Assembly: GCF_009914755.1 (NCBI RefSeq) | Contig: NC_060926.1 | Reading direction: 5' to 3' (one strand) | Source of the DNA: the human T2T-CHM13v2.0 reference genome, Homo sapiens | DNA length: 64,000 bases | Shown: positions 52,360 to 64,000 of the stretch, one piece after another | How the letters are laid out: every line of letters starts with the position of its first letter | Position numbering within the stretch: position 1 is the first letter of the stretch | Made by a program: the position numbers and the translations under genes | Notes under the pieces: model-generated | The model's input: only the letters and a program-made list of their open reading frames with translations | What the model was told of the DNA's origin: nothing | The model's database searches: none

Positions 52360-54699
52360 TGATATGGTTTGGCTCTGTGTTCCCACCCAAATCTCATCTC
52401 AAATTGTAAACCCCATATGTTGAGGGAGGTAACTGGTGGCAGGTGATTGGATCATGGGAGCGGTTGCCGCCATATGATTCTCTCCAGATAGTGAGTGAGT
52501 TCTCTCACAAGATCTGATGGTTTAAAAGTAGCAGTTTCCCCGCAGTCTCTCTCTCCTGCCACCGTGAGAAGATGTGCCTTGCTTCCCCTTTACTATCTGC
52601 CATGACTGTAACTTCCCTGAGGCCTCCCCAGCAATGCAGAACTGTGCATAAATTAAACCTATTGCCCTTGTAAATTACCCAGTCTCAAGTATTCTTTATA
52701 GTAATGTGAAAATGGACTAATACAGAAAATTGGTACTGGGAGTGGGGCACTGCCATAAAGATAACCTGAAAATGTGGAAGTGACTTTGGAACTGGGTAAC
52801 AAGCAGAGATGGGAACAGTTTGGAGGGCTCAGAAGAAGATAAAAAGATCTGAAAAAGTTTGGAACTTTCTGGAAACTGGTTAAATGGTTTTGATAAAAAT
52901 GCTGATAGTGATATGGACATTGAAGTACAGGCTGAGGTGGTCTCAGATGGAGATGAGGAACTTATTGGGAACTAGAGTAAAACTCACTCTTGCTATGCTT
53001 TAGCAAAGAGACTGGTGGCATTTCACCCCTGCCCTAGAGATCTGTGGAAGTTTGAACTTGAAAGATAATTTAGGGTATCTGGCAGAAGAAATTTATAAGC
53101 AGCAAAGCATTCAAGATATCACCTGGATGATTCTGAAAGTGTTCAGTCTTATGCGTTCACGAAGAGATAATCTGAAACTGGAACTTTTAAAGGCAAGCAC
53201 AGCATAAAAATTTGGAAAATTTGCAGCCTGACTATGCAGCAGAAAAGAAAAACCCTTTTCTGGGAAGAAACTCAAGCTGGCTGCAGAAATTTGCATAGGT
53301 AACAAGGAACCAAATGCTAATCCCCAAGACAATGGGGAAAATATCTCCAGGGCATTTCAGAGACCTTCAAGGCAGCCCTTCCCGTCACAGGCCTGGCCTA
53401 GGAAGAAAAATGTTTTCATGGGCTGGGCACAAGACCCCACTGCTTGATACAGGCTTTGGATAAGACGTCCTGTGTCCCAGCCACTCCAGCTCCAGCCATG
53501 ACTAAAAGGGGCCAATGCTGTTACTTCCGAGGGTGCAAGCCCCAAGCATTGGTGGCTTTCATGTGGTGTTGGGCCTGCAGGTATGCAGAAGACAAGAGTT
53601 CAGCTTTAGGAGCCTCCACCTAGATTTTGGAAGATTTATGGAAATTCCTGGATGTCCAGGCAGGAGTTTGCTTCAGGGGTGAATCCCTGATACAGAACCT
53701 CTACTAGGGCAATGCAAAGGGGAAATGTGGGGTTGGAGCCCCCACACAGAGTCCCCTCTGGGCCACTGCCTAGTGGAGCTGTGAAAAGAGGGCCACCATC
53801 CTCCAGACCCCAGAAACCAGACCCTGGAATGGTAGATCCACTGACAGCTTGTATCCTGCATCTGGAAAGGCTGCAGGCATTCAACACCAGCCTGTGAAAG
53901 CAGTCTCGGGCTGTACCCTGCAGAGCCACAGGGGCGGAACTGCTCAAGGCCATAGGAACCCACCTCTTGCATTAGCATGCCCTGGATGTGAGATATGGGG
54001 TAAAAGATTATTTTGGAACTTTAAGATTTAATGACTGCCTTGTTGGATTTTGGGCTTGCATGGAGCCTGTGTCCCCTTTGTTTTGGCCAATATCTCCCAT
54101 TTGGAATTGGAACATTTACCTAATGCTTGTACCCCCATTGTATCTTGGAAGTAACTCACTTGTTTTTGATCTTATGGGCTCATAGGTGGAAGGGACTTGC
54201 CTTATCTCAGATGAGACTTCGGACTTGGACTTTTGAGTTAATGCTGGAATGAGTTAAGACTTTGGGGAACTGTTGGGAAGGCATGATTGGTTTTGATATG
54301 TAAAAAGGACATGAGATTTCAGAGGGGCAAGGGGTGAAACGATATGGTTTGGCTCTGTTTTCCCACCCGAATCTCATCTTGAATTGTAACCCCCATGTAT
54401 TGAGGGAGGGACCTGGTGGAAGGTGATTGCATCATGGGGGTGGTTTTCCCCATGCTGTTCTCATGATAGTGAGTTCTCATGAGATCAGATGGTTTGAAAG
54501 TGGCAGTTTTCCTGTGCAGTCTCTCTCTCCTGCTGCCATGAAAAGATGTGCCCTGTTTTCCCTTTGCATTCTGCCATGATTGTAAGTTTCCTGAGGCCTC
54601 CCCAGCCATGCAGAACTGTAAGTCAATTAAACTTCTTTCCTTTATAAATTAACCCAGTCTCAGGTATTCTTTATAGCAGTGTGAAAACAGACTAATACA
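52360..54699 (+). mobile_element. Complete MaLR provirus (THE1D/MSTA-type): 5' LTR 52360-52724, internal 52725-54339, 3' LTR 54340-54699
   Basis: Two ~360-bp direct LTRs (TGATATGG..ACTAATACA); internal starts gaaaattggtac; purine tract agaggggcaaggggtgaaa before the 3' LTR; TSD CTAAT/CTGAT. Confidence 0.92.
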
Positions 54700-55815
54700 C
54701 TGATGCTTTGAATTATATACCCTTTTTTAATTGGCGGTGATTTTTTTTAGTCTCCAGTTTGTCTTAAGACTTCACTGGGATCTTTTCCTCTCAAATCCTT
54801 ATTTCTAGCCCATCACCTTGACTCACTATTATCCTACCCTAAAATTTTGTTTGTGGTTCTTCTTCTCTTACCTTTTATTCCTTTCTCTCTGGCCTGAAAT
54901 TGTACTGTTACAACCAACATTCAAGAACCCATGGATTGCAGCCACATAGAAGTGTCCTGGTCCTTATTTTGCTTTCATTTTGAGACTAATTATTCAAGGA
55001 GTCAATTACAGAGGAAAAAAAAAACAGGGCATGAGGTTAAGATATCTATATTTTAAGGGATCTAATTTCTTGTAGTCCATAAGCAATAGTTTTACTACAT
55101 CATCCATCATGTCCCACAAAAGGTAATAGGTGGAGTTATTAAATACACATTAAATACACACACATTAATCACATATATAATGCATTGAACATACAAGTAT
55201 GCAAACAGAAAAGTTACAATATCTCATTCAGTAGTAAATACCAAACCTGATTTGTAGACATCCTATTGTATCTGAACCCATCCAAATGGGGCCATTTTGG
55301 AATCACACCTCATAGAATATCCCTACTGTTAACCCGAAAGAGGCAAAATCTTTATCTACTTTTGGTAATTTTATATCTTCCTCTTGAAAATTTTCTTCAG
55401 CTAGAAAGAAATTGGATTATTGTAAGGAAAAGTGGAAGGTTTTAACTCCACTGCTAAATAACTAGCTAGATATTGATAGGGTGACTCAGCTGAATACACT
55501 AATTTCAGCTGAATAGAAAGATCCAGATGGAGTTGTGAAGAAGTTTCATTCATTTCCCAGAGTTAGCATAAGGCTACTCAGCTCAGGATGGCAGATTTTA
55601 TATTTAGTTTTGGCTAAGAAAATATTGGTCACATTTTGTGTGTTTTTTTTTTGTGGGATTGCTAAAGAAATGAACACTGTAGAGACCACCCTCTTTCTCT
55701 TAATTCCTAGAATATAAGAACAATAAAAAAATCTTAAAATCTGTAAAAAAATACAAATATATTTCAATTATTTATACTAAAGGGGTCATAACTTATAGTG
55801 AACTCAGATTTAGTG

Positions 55816-55832
55816 CACACACACACACACAC
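55816..55832. repeat. (CA)n microsatellite
   Basis: cacacacacacacacac. Confidence 0.7.
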
Positions 55833-56054
55833 CAAAACTTTTTCCCTATGAAATGCTTATTGAGTCCCTAGTGAAGCTCTTAGAATCAAATCTTATAAGC
55901 TTTAAGAGAGTTGAATCTACATCTACAGAGCCTGTCACTGTTTCTTCTTTCACTAAGGAACAAGGGACAAGGGGTTCTGGTAAGTTTAGTGTAAACACCA
56001 TGGGGGTGAGTTTTTTACAATTTGATTAAAAGTTTTATTGGTTTTTTAATATAG

Positions 56055-56210
56055 AATTGCTTGGGCAATTCACTTCTATTTCTCTGCAACTCAGATTTCC
56101 TATCTGAAAATGGAGAATAATAACTGATTCAATGTTGTGAGGATTATATTAGATGATGTCTATAAGCTGCTAACCCTTGCCTGGCCCTTGTGATAGATGC
56201 CCAAATATGC
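56055..56210 (+). mobile_element. MIR fragment
   Basis: ttgggcaattcactt..ctcagatttcctatctgaaaatggagaataata..gttgtgaggatta. Confidence 0.7.
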
Positions 56211-57931
56211 CTGGCCCTTTGTTTCTTTTTTCATCTCTGATGAACAAGAGTGTGAAGCTGAAACACCGAGGCTTAAAATGAAGAATATTCCATCTCTGGA
56301 AACCAAGAGCTCTCAAGATGTAATAAACCAGCTTTTATCCCTTGGGAGTAGTAGAAGTCATTGAAGGGTAAAGAAAGTTATGAAAAAGCCATGACCGTGG
56401 CACTGGGAAACTTAAATAGCTAATAACTAGAGGATGCATAAGCCACTCAAGACCCCAGGAAAGGAAGAAAATGAGGCTCTGTATTCCCTATGGTAAAGAC
56501 GACAGGAAGTTCAGGGGCACTGTTGTGATTTTCCTTTAAGTCTCATGCATTCTGAGGAAGCCAGGGGAAAGTAGTTCTACTTTCTCCCCTTCTATCTGCC
56601 CTTGCTTGGTCCCCCTAGCCCTGAGGCAATTCTTTAGATAGTTGATTCAGACAAGATTAAGGATGAGCAGTGAATGGGTGCTCATAGGGCAATCTGACTG
56701 ATAGCCTACTTCATGCTAACTCAGTCCAACAGTGTGTCAAACAACATTTGAGTTCAGGCTGATGGAAGGGGTCTGAATTCAGGAATTGGTAGATAGCAAT
56801 ATCATGGAGGCACTAGTCACAATTTGCTTAAAATAAATAACTTACAATATACATAAAATATGCTTTGGCCTATGCAATTCCAAAACTATTGAAGTATTCA
56901 TATATCAGAAACTCTTTACCAGCTTCTCTTATGTATACCCAGCTGCCATTGTCTTCTGAAATACACTTCGATTGAGCACTGAATAGGCCAAAGCACCATT
57001 CTAGGTTCTAAGAGAGACAGTGAAAATAGGTAAATCATGACAGCTATTCAAAATATCTGTAACAGTAGGTTGCACTGTATAATTTATTCTTAATGCTTAG
57101 CAGATGTTCTATACATTGTAGATACTCAGTAATATTTGCAACAGAATGGAATAACCTCTTATGTTATTTATTGTCATAATAGATGGAGTAGTGTTTTCCT
57201 CCCAAATAATTATTACATCATAGAAGGCAAAGAAAAATCATAATGTTCATTCTGTATTCCTAGTGCCTTAGAGTTGATTGCATATTACATGCTCAATAAA
57301 AACTTTTTGTTTGGCTCTGAGGGACTATATCTCCTCAAGAGAAGAGCTATGGAAATGTCTATTGCTGCTTCTGACTCATCTGAAGGTACAAACAAGGGTG
57401 TGTCAGCTTAGCTTACATGAGAACTAGGTTCTAGGAGTCTTGGACATTTGTTTATCACTAATTCACAGCCAAAGTTATTCTTGATGTGTTTTGTTCTATA
57501 TTATGTAACATACTTTATCCTTTGAATACAAAAAAAAAAACCAACAAATTTTTACTGAAGCCACGCCCTAAGTGACTTACCCATTTCAGAGGGCTATTTA
57601 TTTTACAGAGGGCAATGAAAATCATGGCAATGTTTAGTGACTAGCTACTCACCAGCTCAATTAATGATTGATTAATTTAATTGGAAGATCTGTAAGCACT
57701 GAAGGTGAGTGAAGCAAGTTGTCTTGCTGGGATTAAGTTGTGCTTTAACACATGCATTGGGAGTAAATGGGAGAGGTGCAAAAGAAGGGTGCTCCACGTA
57801 CCAGGAGAAAGGAGGATTGAAGCAAAGACTTGGAAGCAGAGATGAACATGCATATGAATAGGGCAATGACAATATCTAGCCATGTTTCAGGTGTTCGTTG
57901 TAGAGGCAAACACCTGAATCATACTCTAGTG

Positions 57932-58254
57932 TTTTTTGTTTGTTTTTTTTGTTTGTTTGTTTTTTGAGATGGAGTCTTGCTTTGTTGCCCAGGCTGGAGT
58001 GAAGTGGCACAATCTCGGCTCACTGCAACCTCTGCCTCCTGGGTTCAAGCGATAAGTGATTCTCCTGCCTCAGCCCCCTAGTAGCTGGGTTTACAGGCGC
58101 ATGCCACCACACTCACCTAATTTTTGTATTTTTCAGTAGAGACAGGGTTTTGCCACATTGGCCAGGCTGATCTCAAACTCCCAACCTCATATGATCCACC
58201 CGCCTTGGACTCCCAAAATGCTGGGATTACAGGCGTGAGCCACTGCACCCGGCC
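57932..58254 (-). mobile_element. AluSx-like
   Basis: Full dimer with (TTTG)-type tail; 7-bp internal duplication aagcgat/aagtgat. Confidence 0.9.
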
Positions 58255-58414
58255 CCTGTCATGGTTTTTAATCTTAATAAAACTTATCGTCAATCAGCTT
58301 TTAAATTCCTCTTTCTGTTCGTCCTCTGTCAGACCTCACTCAGTTTCCAACCCCTCCTAGAGAGATTGCCATGGATTCAGAGATACATCTCTATTTTCAG
58401 GTGATAGTCATTTT

Positions 58415-58760
58415 AATTTTCATTGAGCATCTACCATGAGCCAGGCATTGCACATAAAATATAAGAGAAAATGCTCACTTTATGAAGTTCAGAGTCTATT
58501 GGGAGCGATGCAAGCAAGATGTCTTTGGCATATTAGCTAAAACATGGTAAAGCCTGATGTGTACTGAAAGAGAGCAAAGAAAGATGTGTATGTATGTATG
58601 TGTTTATGGAAGGGTTAGAGAGGGACAGTTTTTCTTAGATCCATCATGAATTTGATGAAAAACTTTCAGGAGAAAATGTTACCACAGGTGTTAACCAGGC
58701 AGAAATAAGAGAGAATAGTATTCTAGGCAACAGAAGCTTATGCACATGCAATTAGGAAGA
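58415..58760 (-). mobile_element. L2 3' fragment
   Basis: cattgagcatctaccatgagccaggcattg..tttatgaagttcagagtcta. Confidence 0.55.
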
Positions 58761-59029
58761 AACTGAGAGTGAGGAGTGGATCTTCTTCTTTCTGTTTAAC
58801 TTTCTGTATTACATCTTGGTTAGATGTCCATGAATATTTAGAAAAATATTGATAAGATATAAAGGACAACAATAGAATGATGACTCTGTATCCCTTGCAC
58901 ATTTTAAAAGTGGCCATTACTTTTGAACCCCATGGTGTCTTTCTCCCTTTTCCATCTCCTTCTCACTCCATTCAGGGAACACTGTTCTAATCTTTGTGTT
59001 TATTATTTTCTTGATTTTCTTTATCCATT

Positions 59030-60084
59030 GATGAAGACACCAAAAGCAATTACAACAAAGACAAAAATTGAGAATGAGATCTAATTAAACTTAAGAGTTT
59101 CTGCACAGAAAAAGAAACTGTCAAAGAGTAAGCAGACATCCTACAGAATAGGAGAAAATATTTGCAAACTATGCTTCTGACAAAGGTCCAATATCCTGCA
59201 TCTCTAAGGAACTTAAACAAATTTACAAGAGAAAAACCAAACAACTCCATTAAAAACTGGACAGAGGACATGAACAGACATTTTTCAAAAGAAGACATAC
59301 ATGCAGCCAACAAGCATATGAAAAAAATGCTCAATAACACTGATCACTAGAGAAATGCAAATCAAAACCACAATCAGATACCATCTCATACCCGTTAGAA
59401 AGGCTATTATTAAAAGGTCAAAATTAACAGATGCTAGTGAGGTTGTGGAGAAAAAGGAACACTTATACACTGTTGGTAGGAGTGTAAGTTAGTCAACCAT
59501 GTGGAAAACAGTATGGCGATTCCTCAAAGACCTAAAAGCGGAACTACCATTTGAGAAAGCAATACCATTTATATAACCAGAGGAATAGAATTCATTCTAC
59601 CATAAAGACACATACGTGTGAATATTCATTGCAGCACTATTTACAATAGCAAAGACATGGAATCAACCTAAATGTCCGTCAATGACAGATTGGATAAAGA
59701 AAATGTGGTACAAATAGACCATGTAATACTATGCAGCCATAAAAAAGAATGAGATCATATCTTTTGCAGGAACATAGATGGAGCTGGAGGCCATTATCCT
59801 TAGCAAACTAACTCAGGAACAGGAAACCAAATACTGCATGTTCTCACTTAGAAGTAGAAGCTAAATGATGAGAACTCATCAACTGAATATAGGGGGCAAC
59901 AAGAGACATTGGGGCCTACTTGAGGGTGGAGGGTGAAAGGAACAGGAGCAGAAAAAATAATCATTGGGTACTAGGCCTAATACTTGGGTGATAAAATAAT
60001 CTGTACAACAAATTCCCGTGATGCGAATTTACCTGTATAACAAACCTTCACATGTACCCCTAAACCTAAAATAAAAGTTAAAAA
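59030..60084 (+). mobile_element. 5'-truncated old L1PA (L1PA13-16-like)
   Basis: ORF2 3' region; 3' UTR ggagcagaaaaaataa..aataatctgtacaacaaa..aacctaaaataaaagtt. Confidence 0.85.
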
Positions 60085-60127
60085 CAATTACCACACATGT
60101 TCCTATCTTTTAAAAATATATTGTTCA

Positions 60128-60450
<323 letters not shown>

Positions 60451-61479
60451 TCATACTATGTATATTTGTTTGCTTCACTTTGTGATTTCTCCATATTTTT
60501 GCATTCCATTAATATATTACAATATATTCATTTTAATAGGATGCCTATTTACATTATTTCTACCATGGAACTATCACATCCAATGCTGCTATGAATATTC
60601 TAAGACATATTTCTTCATGCACATATGTAAGAGTTTCTCCTATGGAACATGTGTATGAGTAGAATTTGGGCTCAAGTTTGTGTGCATGTCCAACTGCACT
60701 GGACCGGGTAATGCCAAAATATTTTCTAAACTGGTCATATCAGTTTACAACCCCATCATTAGTTTAGAGAGGGTTTATGGGTAACAAAATTACACTTTTT
60801 GTTTGTTATTTCTCGTTATTGAAAGATATACTCAGTTTGTGTACAACTCCACGTTGACAGTTACTGCCCATCAGATACAGAATATTTTATTATACTATAC
60901 CCCAGTTTTTATTTTCGCAGTTGAGAAATCAGCTATCATTTCAATAATCGTTCCTCTGTAAGTAATCTGCCCTTTGACTATGGCTATTTCTAGAGTTATT
61001 TCCTTGTCTTTGTTATTTAGCACTTCACTATAGTACAAAATACATATGCGATTTTCCTGAAATTATTGACTTTTACCGTTAACAGTTCTAGAGAAATCTC
61101 AGGCACTCTGTCTTAAAACATAGTTCCTTTAGATTCCTTGTCTATTCTAAAATATGCCTGGCATTTTATATTTTCTTACACTTAAAATTTAATTTATGAG
61201 TATATTAAATATACTTATTTTGTTCAGTATCTCATAATTCCTAAAGTTAAAATAGTTGTACACCTGATTCTATGATCTGTTGTTTCTGCCTGTCCTCATT
61301 CCAATGCCTTGTTTTCTTGTGTGTGTTTTGTTAATTGAATGAGGTTTCTGAGATCAGATGGTTTGTGTTTGCTTCTGTGAGTGCGTGGGATATTATTCCA
61401 AATTTGTACTTTTTATTATCTATTACGTTGTACTACAAAAAATAGAATTCTTGAAAATGATAAAGCTCATAGCAAAGAG

Positions 61480-63200
61480 TGGTGTAAAGGGTCATGGCCT
61501 GCTGAAAATATGACACATTATTCTGTAAGTAATTGACAGCCTTTTAAGAGTTTTAAAGAGAGGAAATAAATGGCAAGGTCATTATTTGTGTTTTAGGTAA
61601 ATTTTCTGGGTTAGAATATAGACAGTAATATAGACAGTAGATTTAAGACAGGGTAAAGACACAGATACGATTAAGTACGTGGCTGTTTACTGTGCTATGT
61701 CTGGCAAGAAGTGATGAAGCCTAAACTAGGGCAGTAGAGGTAAAATAGTAATGGGGGAAAGGGGAATGAATTTGGGAAATACGAAGAGGTAAAATAAACA
61801 ATATTTGCTGATGCACTGGAAGATGATCCAGAAAAAAAGACAGGCAGAGTCTCAATAACTCTCAAATTCTTGGTTTGGGGAAATGGCTGTATAATATGGC
61901 CATTCACAGAGTAAGAGTAGGAAGATAGAGGTTTCTGCCCCTCATCTGAAACTTCTTAGATTAGTTTAAACCTTTGAGGCAGATCTGGGGCATTGAAATG
62001 CTGTAACTAGCAGGCCTTGCTTATTTATTTTTCTACAAATATTTATGTTCGTATATGCCAGGCTCTGTGCTGTCAGTCTGATGCTCAGGATATTGGTCAG
62101 GGATATAGATATAGATTTGGAAATTATCACTACAAACATTGTAGGTAAAACCAAGAGTATTATGAGGTGGACTAATGAGCATTTCTTTTTCTTTATTTAA
62201 TTTTACTTTAAATTCTGGGATACACGTTCAGAACGTGAAGGTTTGTTACATAGGTATACGTGTGCCATGGTGGTTTGCTGCACCCATCAGCCTGTCATCT
62301 AGGCTTTAAGCCCCACATGCATTAGGTATTTGTCCTAATGCTCTCACTCCCCTTGTCCCCCAGCCCCCGACAGGCCCCAGCGTGGGATGTTCACCTTCCT
62401 GTGTCCACGTGTTCTCATTGTTCAACTCCCACTCATGAGTGAGAACATGTGGTGTTTGGTTTTATGTTCCTGTGTTAGTTTGCTGAGAATGATGGTTTCC
62501 AGCTTCATCCATGTCCCTGCAAAGGACATGAGCTCTAATGAGCATTTCTTGAGAGAGAAAAGCAGCATTTAAGTGACAGAATCGTGGGAATGCTGAAGTT
62601 TTCATCGTTCTATGGAGCAAGAATCTGAGAAGGAAAGCCTACTAGGGTAGTAAGTGCAGATAGAAAGATGAGAGTGGAATTATAGTAATAGAAGCCTGGG
62701 AAGTATAGGCTTTACAAATGAAAGAATGAAGAAAATAAATATGAACAATGTAAAATAAGTCATTATAATGTATAAAATTTCACAGAGAAGTCCAAAAATA
62801 TGTTATAAAAATATTTTGTCAATATGAAGCCCATCGATAATTTTAGTTAAAGCAAGATTCAATGGGATGGTGGAATCAGAAACTATCGGGTTATATTGAG
62901 AACTGAGGATACAACAGAACAGATGGATACAACCACTAGAAATTTAGTTGAAAATGTAAGGAGAAAGAACTAGCAGCTTGAGATTTTAAAATGATCTGGG
63001 GAAGATTTTCTTTTTCAAAAAATATTAGAAATTTGAATATATTTACAACCTCTGCTGGAAAGATAATAAAAATAGGCTGGTGGTAAAGAAAGGAGAAGGG
63101 AAAATATGAAATACTATTCAAGATGAGAAGGAATGAGGATAAGAATGTAGCTGGAGTCGATAAGTAGGATACCCTGCCATCTAAAACGGAGATCACATTT
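61480..63200 (-). mobile_element. L2 fragments, interrupted by an L1PA8
   Basis: Purine-rich antisense L2 text (gagttttaaagagaggaaat..atatagatttggaaattatca..). Confidence 0.5.
62188..62534 (-). mobile_element. 5'-truncated L1PA8 3' end
   Basis: Perfect 16-bp TSD CTAATGAGCATTTCTT at 62172-62187 and 62535-62550; tctaggctttaagccccacatgcattagg diagnostic. Confidence 0.92.
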
Positions 63201-63230
63201 GTAGAAAAGAGAGTGGAAAATTGAGGAAGG

Positions 63231-63528
63231 TGCTGGGTATGGTGGCTCATGCCTGTAGTCCCAGCACTTTGGGAGGCTGAGGCGGGTGGATCACAAGGTC
63301 AGGAGAGTGAGACCAGCCTGGCCAAGATGGTAAAACCCCATCTCTACTAAAAATACAAAAATTAGCCTGGTGTGGTAGTGCACGCCAGTAGTCCCAGCCA
63401 CTCAGGAGGCTGAGGCAGGAGAATCATTGAACCCGGGAGGCAGAGGTTGCAGTGAGCCGAGATGGTGCCACTACACTCCAGCCTGGGCTTCAGAGTGAGA
63501 CTCTGTCTCAAAAAAAAAAAAAAAAAAA
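63231..63528 (+). mobile_element. AluSg-like
   Basis: Full dimer, A19 tail; TSD-like GAAAATTGAGGAA / GGAAGTTGAGGAA. Confidence 0.9.
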
Positions 63529-63619
63529 GGAAGTTGAGGAATTTTACACTTGACCAGCACTAGATGCTTCGGCTGTATTTAAATGATGTCATAAACTGGT
63601 CAGTATCATAATAATTATT

Positions 63620-63915
63620 GAGAAAATAGCTAACATATTTGAGTAGATACAATATGGCAAGTAATGCTGTATGAAAGTGCATGCATTATCTCACTTAATC
63701 CTTATACCAACTTTAGGAGGCAGCAGCTCCTTCTCTTCTTTTTCTCTTTTACATGATGAAGTAAATGAGGCACCCAATTTTAAATAATTTTGAATAAATT
63801 ATTACATTTATTTAAATTTCAAATAAATGACCCAATGCCACAGTTAGTAAGGAGAAGAGTCAGAATTTGACCTCAAGCGATGTACTCCAGGATAGGGCTC
63901 CTGAAGTTTTCCATA
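63620..63915 (-). mobile_element. MIR SINE
   Basis: aatagctaacatatttgag..attatctcacttaatcctt..ttttacatgatgaagtaaatgaggcac..cacagttagtaag. Confidence 0.75.
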
Positions 63916-64000
63916 CATTATCTCATTAAATTCTCAGATTAGTTCTGGAAGATATCTATTGTTGTTTCCCCAAACTATTCCTGCCTCAAGTATGCCTCAG

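Noticed and set aside
52717-54609. Cluster of short ORFs
   Set aside because: Read-throughs of MaLR internal and LTR sequence; no intact long ORF.
55487-55514. TCAGCTGAATA repeated twice next to TGACTCA
   Set aside because: An 11-bp repeat is too short to distinguish from local duplication or chance without external data.

Overview
Primate (most likely human or another catarrhine) AT-rich, CpG-depleted non-coding DNA, either gene desert or deep intron. I find no credible protein-coding exon, RNA gene or CpG island. The recognisable ORFs in the supplied track are decayed L1 ORF1/ORF2 pieces or Alu/MaLR read-throughs, and the rest look like chance ORFs. Much of the window is interspersed repeat: a solo HML-6 (LTR3B-like) LTR with a 6-bp TSD, eight Alus (J and S classes, no AluY), several L1PA/L1PB/L1M pieces, a complete THE1D/MSTA-type MaLR provirus, solo MST/MLT1/LTR41 LTRs, hAT MITEs (MER33, MER5A, MER53, MER63), and many MIR/L2 relics. 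The most unusual object is a 5.1-kb minus-strand L1PB element (39303-44421, perfect 15-bp TSD) recording three separate events. (i) An internal ORF2 inversion whose left breakpoint carries a 32-bp templated copy of the element's own 5' UTR from 2.7 kb away. (ii) A 5' UTR junction that looks like a precise splice join (an old SpIRE-like L1). (iii) A ~55-bp younger L1PA tip that replaces part of ORF2. Several repeat-free islands (about 2.3-2.5, 14.0, 23.9-24.35, 27.9-28.3 and 31.1-32.05 kb) hold clustered PBX/TALE, homeodomain, POU and SOX motifs and are candidate developmental enhancers. Repeat family names come from recalled consensus sequences, not a database search. I do not see evidence for a novel coding system.
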